A DNA stretch of 45,736 nucleotides from Deltaproteobacteria bacterium (lineage in GTDB: Bacteria; Myxococcota_A; Polyangia; HGW-17; SLPX01), in NCBI GenBank assembly GCA_021162935.1, contig JAGGXR010000102.1:1-45736 (forward strand). The letters are read 5' to 3'. The position numbers and the translations under genes were made by a program. Below, in pieces: positions 6,598-15,359 of the stretch (positions are counted from its first letter, which is position 1; the number at the start of each line of letters is the position of its first letter). The notes under the pieces are model-generated. The model ran no database searches, was not told where the DNA came from, and saw nothing but the letters and a program-made list of their open reading frames with translations.

Positions 6598-8943
6598 ATG
6601 TCGACATTCGAGAAAGCCGCGTTCGATGTGGATTGGGCCGTGCGACACAGAATACGGCGAAACCGATTCGCTGGTGGGATGATTCTGGTCGGTGGGCTTC
6701 TGTCGACCCTCGGGATTTGGGTCGGTTGTGGCGGCGGTGGGCACCATGCCGAAACCTGCGGACCCGACACCTGTGCTCAAGGCTGTTGCCGAGACGGGGA
6801 ATGCACGTCGTCGTCGGATCAGACCTGCGGGGTTTCCGGACAGGCCTGTCAGGACTGCACTGCCATCGACGAAACCGACACATGTGACCAGGGCGCATGT
6901 ATCTGTCGCGCGGCCGGGCAGTCCTGTGATCCTGGAGAAATTTGTCTCGCGACGGGCTGCTCCAACTGCCATCCGGATTGCGCAGACAAATGCGTCGGGG
7001 CGGACGACGGCTGCAACGGCACGTGCCAGATCAACGATTGTGCGGGCTGCTGCAACGACCAACACCAATGCGTAAGCTCAGCGAATCAAACAGCGTCCCA
7101 ATGCGGAACCGGCGGGGAATCCTGTGCCGACTGCACATCGTCCGACAGGACCGATGTCTGCAATCAGGGAACCTGTGTCTGCCAGGCGACCGGGCAGTCC
7201 TGTCCATCCGGTCAGAACTGCACCCAGACGGGCTGCTCCAACTGCCATCCCGATTGCTCCGAGAAATGTGCCGGTGCAAACGACGGATGCGGCGGATCCT
7301 GCCAGGACAGCGACTGCAGCGGATGCTGTGACGCAAACGCCCAATGCGTGGCCGTAGCCCAACAGTCGGACGCGGCCTGTGGTCTGTCGGCGGAGACCTG
7401 TCGGGATTGCCGCACCGGGGACTGGAGTTGCAACGCCGGACGGTGTTTGTCCGTTCGGGACCGGGACGCCGCGTTCCTGTCCGAAGTGGTGCCGGCGTCC
7501 GTATCGCTCGGCGGCCAGTTTCAGGTGACCGTCACAATGCGGAACGTGGGTAGGGACACCTGGACGGCGGCGGACCAGTATCGTCTGGGTGCCCAGCGGC
7601 CTCAGGACAATGCGACGTGGGGGCTGAGCCGCGTCGAACTGAGTGCAGCGGAATCCATTGCCACCGGGCAGGACAAGACCTTTTCCTTCTCTGTGACCGC
7701 GCCGTCGAGCCCAGGTTTTTACGACTTCGAGTGGCGGATGCTCAAGGAGGGAGTGGCCTGGTTCGGTCAACGTTCCGAACCGCTGCGCATCTACGTAGGC
7801 ACGGAGCAGGTGGAGGTCTGTGAGGCCGCCCGGGCCTTGGCCAACCAACAGACGGACGCGTCGTCCACTATTCAGGCCTGCATCGATGCAGCCCCTGCGG
7901 GCGCCTTCGTGGAGTTGCCGGCAGGGCGCTATCAGTTGGACCACCAAATTCTGATTGCATCCCATCCCGTGACCTTCAGGACCGAGCAGACCACGCTGTT
8001 CGATCCACCTTGTGACACCAGCGGAACGGGCTGCGCCGTACTCGTGGCATCCGCCTCGTTTGCGGACACATTGGGCGTCCTGCGAGTCCTCCAAAATGGA
8101 GCAGCCCTGGATCACATCGTGGTGGACGGCAACAAATCGGGTCGGTCCCAGACTGCCTCTGCGCAACATTGCGCTTCGTACGACAACCAGTACGGCTACA
8201 ACATCCAGATGGTCTGTGACGACTGCAGCCTCACCAACAGCGTCACGCAAAACGCCCTGTGCGGAACAGGCTGCGAGGTGTCCGGGGTGCGGCACAACGT
8301 CCTCGTCTGGCGCAACACGATTGCGTCCAACGGTGTGCACGATCACGAAGGTATGTGGTCCGACGGCCTGACGGTGCACGATGGCCGACAATCGGTGTTC
8401 TGCGAAAACCGAATCATGGACAATACGGACGTAGACCTGATCTTCGGAGGCTGCGTGGATTGCGAGATCCGCGACAACGTCTTGTCCCATTCGACCGCGT
8501 TCGCATCCAGCTCCTTTGCCGCGGTGATGCTCCATGCGTGGCCAGATGGAAACGGCGGAAACGGCACAAGCGGTGACTACACGGGCACGGACACCGTCGG
8601 AAACATCATCGACTGCGGGACGCAGCATCGCTGCGGCATTGGGCTCTACCTGGGATCCGACGCCTGGTACATCACCGACGTGCACAGCGGCACCGTATTC
8701 GGCAACGTGGTGGACCGTGCCCAGCAGGGCCTGCTCATCGACGATGTCCATGACATGATCGTGTTCGACAACGTGGTGGCGCACCCAGCCCAGACATCCA
8801 CAGCTTCCTGTGGCACCAAGGCCACGAACGCATACGGCATCGGCACGAGATCGCACAACGTGGATTTTTCGCAGGATCGTTTTGGCACCCAGTACACCTC
8901 AGTGGACTGGGACGGTTGCATCCCGAACTGGTGGAATCCGTAG
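6598..8943 (+). CDS. secreted multidomain protein: two tandem Cys-rich modules, an NBR1-like Ig domain, and a right-handed parallel beta-helix (pectate-lyase-like fold)
   Basis: N-terminal signal anchor (GGMILVGGLLSTLGIWVGCGGG). Two ~110-aa repeats of a Cys pattern (CGxxGxxCxxC...GCSNCHPDCxxKCxGAxDGCxGxCQ..DC.GCC). An NBR1-like segment (GQFQVTVTMRNVGRDTW....FYDFEWRMLKEGVAWFG). A C-terminal region with the periodic small-residue/Asn ladder expected of a beta-helix (NVLVWRNTIASNGVHDHEG.., DNTDVDLIFGGCVDCEIRDNVL.., GNVVDRAQQGLLIDDVHDMIVFDNVV). AAGGTG RBS before the ATG at 6598. Confidence 0.65.
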   Translation: MSTFEKAAFDVDWAVRHRIRRNRFAGGMILVGGLLSTLGIWVGCGGGGHHAETCGPDTCAQGCCRDGECTSSSDQTCGVSGQACQDCTAIDETDTCDQGACICRAAGQSCDPGEICLATGCSNCHPDCADKCVGADDGCNGTCQINDCAGCCNDQHQCVSSANQTASQCGTGGESCADCTSSDRTDVCNQGTCVCQATGQSCPSGQNCTQTGCSNCHPDCSEKCAGANDGCGGSCQDSDCSGCCDANAQCVAVAQQSDAACGLSAETCRDCRTGDWSCNAGRCLSVRDRDAAFLSEVVPASVSLGGQFQVTVTMRNVGRDTWTAADQYRLGAQRPQDNATWGLSRVELSAAESIATGQDKTFSFSVTAPSSPGFYDFEWRMLKEGVAWFGQRSEPLRIYVGTEQVEVCEAARALANQQTDASSTIQACIDAAPAGAFVELPAGRYQLDHQILIASHPVTFRTEQTTLFDPPCDTSGTGCAVLVASASFADTLGVLRVLQNGAALDHIVVDGNKSGRSQTASAQHCASYDNQYGYNIQMVCDDCSLTNSVTQNALCGTGCEVSGVRHNVLVWRNTIASNGVHDHEGMWSDGLTVHDGRQSVFCENRIMDNTDVDLIFGGCVDCEIRDNVLSHSTAFASSSFAAVMLHAWPDGNGGNGTSGDYTGTDTVGNIIDCGTQHRCGIGLYLGSDAWYITDVHSGTVFGNVVDRAQQGLLIDDVHDMIVFDNVVAHPAQTSTASCGTKATNAYGIGTRSHNVDFSQDRFGTQYTSVDWDGCIPNWWNP

Positions 8944-8975
8944 AACGACCCTTGTTTGCGGCTTGTTTCGAAATC

Positions 8976-10226
8976 TTAGGGTTCGCTCGGGCGGGCTGGA
9001 GGATCCGGTAGGCCAAACACCACGGGGACGGTCCCAAGTGACGCGAGTGACGCGACCACGAGGGCCTGGTGGAGGTCCATGAGATCGCCGAGCCAGCCCA
9101 CGAGCAGGACGGCAACGGAGCTGCCCGCAAACGAAATGGTCATGTAGATGCCGTTGAGAAAGGCTGGGCGTTCCCGAGCAGTTTCCTGAACCAGGGCCAA
9201 CAGGATCGGGCTCGACGCAAAAACGATGAAGCCAACCAGGATCAGCAGGAGCAGAGAGGCCCACCCGTGCATGGATAGAAACACGAGGGCCGCAAGCGGG
9301 CCTGTTGCCGACACGAACACAAGGAGTCGTTTTCGCCCCAGATGGTCCGACAGGGTGCCGCCCAGCAACGTGCCCGCCGCGCCCGCGACCTCCATAATGG
9401 TCAATGCGGCTCCGGCGAACCAGAGCCGTTCTCCTCGGGCCATGAGATACGTGGGCAAAAAAAGCGTCAGAGACGACTTAAGCATGGCCCTCAGAAACGT
9501 GAAGGCCGCCATGCCGAGCAAGAAGCGTCTGTGACGAATCAGGGTGTCTCGAATGGGCAGGGGTGGTTTGGTGTTTGTCGGGTTGGGCTGATCTTCCTTC
9601 ATTCGAAAGAGCGGTACCACCAGAAGGGCCGAGGCGACCAGGCCTACCGGGATGAGCCTCCAGGTGCCTTCGAAGCCCCACCAGGACACGGCCGCCACGA
9701 TGACGATTGGGCCTAGGGCGCGAGCCGTTTCCCCTCCCAGCATGTAGAGGCTCATTCCGCGGCCCACACGGTTGCCTGACGCCTGTTTGATGAGCACGGG
9801 AGCCGGCACGTGGAAACAGGTGACACCGATCCCCACGATTAAGAGAAGCAGGGTCACCATGGCGTAGCTGTCCGCCCAGCCCAGCAGACTCATGGCCGTA
9901 GCGGTGAGCGCTGGTCCCAGGGCGAGCAAGAACCGAAGTCGTCCGCCATCGGCCCACAGGCCCATGAATGGATTCAGGAGGCTTGGAACCTGGCGGACCA
10001 CGTTCAACAGAGCTGCCCGCGTGTAATCGATGTGGAGCTTTCGAATGAGCAACGGCAGAATCGGCGGCAGGAACGCGGAAAAGATATCGTGCACGAGATG
10101 CGCCGTGGCCACGACGAGCACTGCTCCCAGTCGGAATCGCTTCTGTGCACCGGACATTCGTGGGGTAGAATCGGATGACGACGGGGTTGGTCCCTCAGGT
10201 GCCATGACCTTTCCTGCGCTGGACAT
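8976..10226 (-). CDS. MFS transporter
   Basis: About 12 predicted TM helices. MFS-like loop motifs (GxLSDHLGRKR between TM2-3-like segments). Alternative in-frame ATG starts at 10205 and 10157. Convergent with the upstream gene. Confidence 0.75.
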   Translation of the reverse strand: MSSAGKVMAPEGPTPSSSDSTPRMSGAQKRFRLGAVLVVATAHLVHDIFSAFLPPILPLLIRKLHIDYTRAALLNVVRQVPSLLNPFMGLWADGGRLRFLLALGPALTATAMSLLGWADSYAMVTLLLLIVGIGVTCFHVPAPVLIKQASGNRVGRGMSLYMLGGETARALGPIVIVAAVSWWGFEGTWRLIPVGLVASALLVVPLFRMKEDQPNPTNTKPPLPIRDTLIRHRRFLLGMAAFTFLRAMLKSSLTLFLPTYLMARGERLWFAGAALTIMEVAGAAGTLLGGTLSDHLGRKRLLVFVSATGPLAALVFLSMHGWASLLLLILVGFIVFASSPILLALVQETARERPAFLNGIYMTISFAGSSVAVLLVGWLGDLMDLHQALVVASLASLGTVPVVFGLPDPPARPSEP

Positions 10227-10318
10227 GGGCCATGTATGGCTCAGGTCGGCAGCCCTGTCCAGTCTATGGCATGACGGAAATTGCGGGAGGTCTTGCCCCG
10301 AGCCGTGGGCCTGGTAGG

Positions 10319-11794
10319 ATGGATGTCATGGTGAGCCTTCGTTTTCATTGCGTCCGTTTCCTTCGACCAGGTCGAGATACGCCCCGGTGGCAGTCGACCG
10401 TCTTGGCATGTGTGACCCTGGTGGCGCTATCCATCGCTGGCGGCTGCGGCACTGGCCATGGATTTTCGTACGATGGTGATCCGGGCCAGGCCGAGCAGGC
10501 GACCCTGGTTGCCTGGGCACCGGCGGTCGAGGCCATGATCGTGCCGCCGAGCGATGCGTCGCCCATCCAGGGCCTGTTCCTCCTGGACACGGGGTCGCCC
10601 GTTTCAGCGGTGGACCTGGGCTTCCTCGCATCGCAAGGGCTGGACACGGGAATCGGATCGGACCCACGGCTCCTGTCCGGATACGAAATCGATGCTTTCG
10701 GCCTCCACTTCTTTAATCGGAGGCTGGTTGCCGCAGCCTTGTTCAGCCCGTCGCAGCCTCTCGACGGCATCATCGGAGCCGACATCCTGGATCATTTCTG
10801 CTTGGCCCTGGACGACCAGGCACACACGGTGACCTTGGCCCGAACGAGCGACGACGTTGCCGCCGCGTCTCCGGTGGCAGATTCCCGATCCGTTTCCTTG
10901 GAGGTGGCTGGCGGCGGAATCATGATCCTGCCAGGTGACGTGCGTCTGTCGGTTCCCGCCACCAGACTGCTCGTAGACGTGATGGTCGAGGGCCGTACCG
11001 TGACCGCCGTGGTGGACACGGGTGCCTCGGCGGTGCTGCTGGGCCCGGACCTGGCAAAGGACCTCATGACCGACGACCCGACACGACCCAGGCTCGACGG
11101 CCTGGAGGTGGACACGGCAGATGGTCTGGCAGACGCATCCATGATTCGGGTGGCGTCCCTGTCCGTGGGCACGTCGGTCGCTCATTCGCTGCCCTGCATG
11201 GTGGTACAAGACGCCGTGGCGTTCCAGTCGCTCGAAGCAGAACTGGGGCGCCCTGTGTCCCTGCTCCTCGGAGACACGTTCCTGCGGGAATTTTTCGTGG
11301 CCCTGGACATTCCAAGACAAACAATGCTGCTGGCGCGATATCAGAGCATGACGCATCTCGACCCAAGAGAGTTCGTCTTCGTGGGCCTCTCTCTTCGGGC
11401 GTCGGGCAATGAGGTGGTGGTGGACCATGTGTATCCTGGCAAAGACGCCGAAGCCAAGGGCGTGCGCAGTGGAGACGTGGTGATGGCCATCGACGACAAC
11501 ACGGTCACCTCCGTCGAGCGGGCTATGGATTTGGTACGTGCCCATGACGTCGGGCAGACCGCGGCGTTTCGATTCGAGCGGAACCGGGCCACGTTCAACG
11601 CGGACCTCTTGGTCGAAGACTTGCTGCCTGCCTACCCAGCCCAAAAGTCCACACCGAATCGCGGCGATCTGGATGCCGACGCCCATGATGGAGGCTCCCT
11701 TTGGTGGCAACAGCACAGACTGGGTGGTTTGGTCAACGTGCTCGGCCCATTTGGCCTGCCACCGCTCGTGCGATCGGGGAGCGCTCGGCCATGA
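10319..11794 (+). CDS. secreted pepsin/retropepsin-like aspartic protease with a C-terminal PDZ domain
   Basis: Two DTG-type active-site motifs (LFLLDTGSPVSAVDLG and VTAVVDTGASAVLLGPDLA) give a bilobed aspartyl protease. The C-terminal PDZ-like segment is GVRSGDVVMAIDDNTVTSVERAMDLVRA..GQTAAFRFERN. N-terminal signal/lipobox-like peptide (LACVTLVALSIAGGCG). The stop overlaps the next gene's start (ATGA). Confidence 0.6.
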   Translation: MDVMVSLRFHCVRFLRPGRDTPRWQSTVLACVTLVALSIAGGCGTGHGFSYDGDPGQAEQATLVAWAPAVEAMIVPPSDASPIQGLFLLDTGSPVSAVDLGFLASQGLDTGIGSDPRLLSGYEIDAFGLHFFNRRLVAAALFSPSQPLDGIIGADILDHFCLALDDQAHTVTLARTSDDVAAASPVADSRSVSLEVAGGGIMILPGDVRLSVPATRLLVDVMVEGRTVTAVVDTGASAVLLGPDLAKDLMTDDPTRPRLDGLEVDTADGLADASMIRVASLSVGTSVAHSLPCMVVQDAVAFQSLEAELGRPVSLLLGDTFLREFFVALDIPRQTMLLARYQSMTHLDPREFVFVGLSLRASGNEVVVDHVYPGKDAEAKGVRSGDVVMAIDDNTVTSVERAMDLVRAHDVGQTAAFRFERNRATFNADLLVEDLLPAYPAQKSTPNRGDLDADAHDGGSLWWQQHRLGGLVNVLGPFGLPPLVRSGSARP

Positions 11795-13815
11795 GGCATT
11801 CTGTATCGCATCGCCTCACGCTCCTCGCCTCGCTGGTCGTGCTGTTCGTGGCAGGGCAGGCAGAAGCCCAAATCGTGTATCAGCAGGTTTACAAGCCCCA
11901 GCCGGCCAGACAGGCAAAGCCGCGCAAGGGCGCAAGGGCAGCAAAGGGGCGGAAACCGAGACGCGGGGGCAAGGGCGCCAAGGCGGGCAACGCATCAAGG
12001 CCTGGCCAGGGCACCAAGGGTGCAAACGCGGCCAAACCACAGCCGCGGGGAAAGCCTGGCCAGGACACCAAGGGTGCAAACGCGGCCAAACCACAGCCGC
12101 AGGGAAAGCCTGGCCGGGGCACCAAGGGTGCAAACGCGGCCAAACCACGGACGAGCGCTGGAACCAGGGCACAGACCAATGGAAAGGTGCCGCTCAAGGG
12201 CCATGGGCCCGGATGGAAACGATCCTGGACCATGCCTTGGAGCCACGCCAAGACAAGGCCTGCCGGGCAAGCTGCCGGTGCCGGCGGCAGCGTGGGCGAA
12301 AGAGGCGGGACGAAAACTGGTTCTGGTATCCATGGCGCACCTGGTTCGCAGGGCTCGTCGGACGGATCCGGAGGAACCGGCACCAAAGCAGCAGACGCGA
12401 CCGCGTCGAAGAAAATCCTGCGGGTCTGGAAGGTGACGGTCATTGGAGTCACCAAAACCTCGAAGGAAACGGTGCGGGCGATGTCGGAGATCCATCGGGG
12501 CGATCTCATCACGCCCGAATACGTGGATCGCGTGCGCAAACGACTCATCAACACGAAGGTGTTTCGCAAGGTGTCCATTCTGTGGGAAGAAATCCCGAAC
12601 CGTCCCGGCTGGGCAGCAATCTTTTTGGAATGCAAGGACCGATGGTCCTGGTTCATCGCCCCCATGTTCACCTGGCAGCAGGGTCGATGGGGCGGCGCGT
12701 TGGCGTACGGAGAGGCAAACCTCTTTGGATGGGGTAAACGGCTTGGAGTGGCTGGTGCGTACCTGACCGATTCCCAATATCTTGGGGTCGGGTACCAGGA
12801 CCCGAGTATCCACGGGTCGCGATTCGTGCTGAAGGTGGGCCTCGGATTCAAACGCCAGCTCTTCAAGGAGTACCTGCGGATTTTGGGCAAACCTCTGCAC
12901 GATGCCCAGTCGATTCGGTCCCTGTGGGTCCAGCAGCTTTCGGCGACCATGACCCTGGGCTACAAGTGGTGGGGAAAACTGGAGACCAGGATCGGATACA
13001 AATTCGCCCTGGTCGCCTTCAACCACCCCAAGTGTCCGTTCCAAACGGGACCAGACGGCCAGACGGGAGACTGCGCCACCCCATGGGACGAGTACGGCGG
13101 CTCCTACAGCGGCCCCATCGTATTTCGACAAAAAGACGGAACGTATCTGGACCATACCTATGCGAAGGGAAAATTCTGGCGGTATCGACGTGAGGGAATC
13201 GTCCAGCTCGGCATCGGATACAGCACGGTTTTGGACCTGTTCGGCATCAAGCAAGGATGGTCAGTGGGATTCAAGATGGACATCTCCCACCCGCACCTTG
13301 GCTCCCAGTTCCAGTACGTCAAGTGGTCGGTTTCCGGATACAAGGCATTTCGGTTCTTCAAAAGCCACGTGCTGGAACTGTTCGCCAAGCACGAAGAGGC
13401 CTATGGGGCGCCCTATCATCGAGAGCTGTACATGGGCGGCAGCTACCTACCAGGCTACGTGTACCGGCAGGCGCTGGGAGACATGGACACGTCGGTCAAG
13501 GCGGCCTATTCGGTCCCCTTGTTTCACGTGTGGTGGTTTTCGTTCCGGCAGGTGTTCTACTACCGGTTCGCATGGATCTTCTTTCGTGACGGTGGCAAGA
13601 AACGGCCCTACTACGAAGAACACAACGGCGTGCGTCGCTATCACCTCGCCTTCGAGCCCGGACCCAAGGACCGAGCCTCTTTCCTGGAGAGCATCGGCAC
13701 GGGGCTGCGGCTGCACGTCAAGGCAGTGGCCATGCCACTTTTGGGCGTGGACGTGGCCTACGGATTCGAAGCCAATGCCGTGCGGTTCTATTTCTACGTC
13801 GGGAAGAACTACTGA
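11791..13815 (+). CDS. Omp85/BamA-family outer-membrane beta-barrel protein with one POTRA-like domain and a Lys/Pro/Gly-rich repetitive N-terminal region
   Basis: Signal peptide MRHSVSHRLTLLASLVVLFVAGQAEAQ. A ~200-aa basic low-complexity region containing a 54-bp tandem repeat. A POTRA-like segment (ILRVWKVTVIGVTKTSKETVRAMSEIHRGDLITPEYVDRVRKRLINTKVFRKVSILWEE). A long C-terminal region of alternating aromatic/hydrophobic beta-strands ending ...RFYFYVGKNY. Translationally coupled to the flanking genes (ATGA at 11791, TGATG at 13813). Confidence 0.5.
   Translation: MRHSVSHRLTLLASLVVLFVAGQAEAQIVYQQVYKPQPARQAKPRKGARAAKGRKPRRGGKGAKAGNASRPGQGTKGANAAKPQPRGKPGQDTKGANAAKPQPQGKPGRGTKGANAAKPRTSAGTRAQTNGKVPLKGHGPGWKRSWTMPWSHAKTRPAGQAAGAGGSVGERGGTKTGSGIHGAPGSQGSSDGSGGTGTKAADATASKKILRVWKVTVIGVTKTSKETVRAMSEIHRGDLITPEYVDRVRKRLINTKVFRKVSILWEEIPNRPGWAAIFLECKDRWSWFIAPMFTWQQGRWGGALAYGEANLFGWGKRLGVAGAYLTDSQYLGVGYQDPSIHGSRFVLKVGLGFKRQLFKEYLRILGKPLHDAQSIRSLWVQQLSATMTLGYKWWGKLETRIGYKFALVAFNHPKCPFQTGPDGQTGDCATPWDEYGGSYSGPIVFRQKDGTYLDHTYAKGKFWRYRREGIVQLGIGYSTVLDLFGIKQGWSVGFKMDISHPHLGSQFQYVKWSVSGYKAFRFFKSHVLELFAKHEEAYGAPYHRELYMGGSYLPGYVYRQALGDMDTSVKAAYSVPLFHVWWFSFRQVFYYRFAWIFFRDGGKKRPYYEEHNGVRRYHLAFEPGPKDRASFLESIGTGLRLHVKAVAMPLLGVDVAYGFEANAVRFYFYVGKNY
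12001..12162. repeat. 54-bp tandem repeat (about 2.8 copies) encoding PGQGTKGANAAKPQPRGK units
   Basis: Units at 12001-12054, 12055-12108 and 12109-~12150 are near-identical. It is in frame (18 aa per unit) inside the Omp85-like gene. Confidence 0.85.
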
Positions 13816-15359
13816 TGGGCGATGACCGAAAGCAGTGGCGGTCGATGGAGGCGAAGAACGGTATGACGGTGCATGATCGGATGGTGATCGTGATTGCGGT
13901 GGCCTTGCTGTCCGATCTGGTCCCAGGCCCTGCCTGGGCCCAAAATTCCGCACGGGGACGCATGTGGACCGAAGCCCTCAAAGGAGCCGCCCTGGCCGCC
14001 GACGGAAAACTCGACCAGGCCTGTGTACGGCTCGACCGGGCCCGCCGATGGAAGAACGACGTGGCGGTGCGTGCGGCGCTGGCTCTCTGCCACCTTGCAG
14101 CAGGTCGGCCGACGACAGCAAGGCTCATGCTGGAAAAGCTCGCACGGACCGCGGGCGAACTCCCTGCTGTCCAGTACTGGCTCGCTCGCCTATTGGCGCG
14201 ACGATCTCCCGTTCGCGCCTGCCACGCCATGAACGCCGCCTTGAGTTTGGGAGGAGACCTGCCTCGGTACCTGGTGGGCAAGGCTCTGCTCTGTCGATCC
14301 GTGTCCCATGCGGCCGCGGTGGACAGCCTGGCATTGGCGGCCTCGAAGACGTGGGACATCATGGATCCCAGGCTCTATCCCGACCCGGTGGCCGGGCTGA
14401 TCGACATGGTGGACCAAGCGCTTCGGACCTTTCCCAACAAACAGCAGGTCCTGCTCACCCTGGCCCATCTGTATGTCACGGCGCATCGTTTGTCGTCCGC
14501 CGAAGCCACGGCGCGCCGGGTGATCGCCACCTGGGGCCACGTGCACGAGGCCTATTTCGTGCTCGCCCGCGCTCGATATCTTGCAGGCGATTACAAGGCA
14601 GCGGCGACCTGGGTCGAACGGACCCTGGGCAGCGACCCTTCCGATCCGCAGGCTTTGGCATTGCGGGCGGCCCTGTCCATCCGAGAGGGAAAGATCGTCC
14701 GAGCCCGTTCCGACCTGGAGCGTTCCGTTCGCGCTGATCCCACCGATGCAGTGAACCTCGCGCGCCTCGGACATCTGTACTGGAAGACGGGCGCCTACCC
14801 CCGCGCAGAAAAAATGTTTCGTTACAGTTTGGCCAGAATGCCGTCGCTCGCTACGGCCCACCACGGTCTCGCCCTGGCCCTTGCCCGCCGTCGTAAGTTC
14901 GTCGAGGCTGAGCGCCAGCATCGACTCGCCATTGCCGGAAATCCGGTCAATGCTTTGTATCGCCGTGGCTATGCGCAGTTTCTCCAACAGCGAGGCAAGG
15001 CGGCAGCAGCACGCCAACTCGCGGTGGCCAAGTCTCTGGAACGACAGTATGCGCGTTTCGCCAAAACAGTAATGCTTGCCCAGGCCTATCGACGCCAGGT
15101 ACTCGCGCTCCATGGTGGTCGCGTGGTTCGTTCGTGGCGAGGACCTGCAGCACCAAGGTTCTTCATCCTGGCCGGAATTACCAAAACCCAGTCGGATCGC
15201 CGCCGGAAGGCAGCCCGAGCCCTATCCGGGCTGAAGGCACGGAAACTGCTCGGCCTGGATTCGGTAGTCGTGTTGCAGCATTCGGGCCGCCTGCGTGGCG
15301 GTCCATCGTTTCTGTACCGCCAGTACCTCGACTTCGTCCGCCCCTCACTGCTTCGCTGA
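13815..15359 (+). CDS. TPR-repeat protein with an N-terminal signal peptide (periplasmic?)
   Basis: Multiple TPR-like helical repeats (..AYFVLARARYLAGDYKAAATWVERTLGSDPSDPQALALRAA.., ..NLARLGHLYWKTGAYPRAEKMFRYSL..). Signal-like MVIVIAVALLSDLVPGPAWAQ follows an internal ATG at 13863, which is an alternative start. The start overlaps the stop of the Omp85-like gene. Confidence 0.6.
   Translation: MGDDRKQWRSMEAKNGMTVHDRMVIVIAVALLSDLVPGPAWAQNSARGRMWTEALKGAALAADGKLDQACVRLDRARRWKNDVAVRAALALCHLAAGRPTTARLMLEKLARTAGELPAVQYWLARLLARRSPVRACHAMNAALSLGGDLPRYLVGKALLCRSVSHAAAVDSLALAASKTWDIMDPRLYPDPVAGLIDMVDQALRTFPNKQQVLLTLAHLYVTAHRLSSAEATARRVIATWGHVHEAYFVLARARYLAGDYKAAATWVERTLGSDPSDPQALALRAALSIREGKIVRARSDLERSVRADPTDAVNLARLGHLYWKTGAYPRAEKMFRYSLARMPSLATAHHGLALALARRRKFVEAERQHRLAIAGNPVNALYRRGYAQFLQQRGKAAAARQLAVAKSLERQYARFAKTVMLAQAYRRQVLALHGGRVVRSWRGPAAPRFFILAGITKTQSDRRRKAARALSGLKARKLLGLDSVVVLQHSGRLRGGPSFLYRQYLDFVRPSLLR

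Noticed and set aside
6535-8943. Long antisense ORFs opposite real genes. Examples: 7078..8856(-) 592 aa, 10604..11716(-) 370 aa, 11995..13254(-) 419 aa, 14190..15113(-) 307 aa, 27535..29013(+) 492 aa, 29841..31241(+) 466 aa, 36625..38142(+) 505 aa, 43655..44959(+) 434 aa.
   Set aside because: High GC suppresses stop codons on every frame. These translations are Arg/Pro/Gly-rich low-complexity with no motifs, while the opposite strand carries clear domain signatures.
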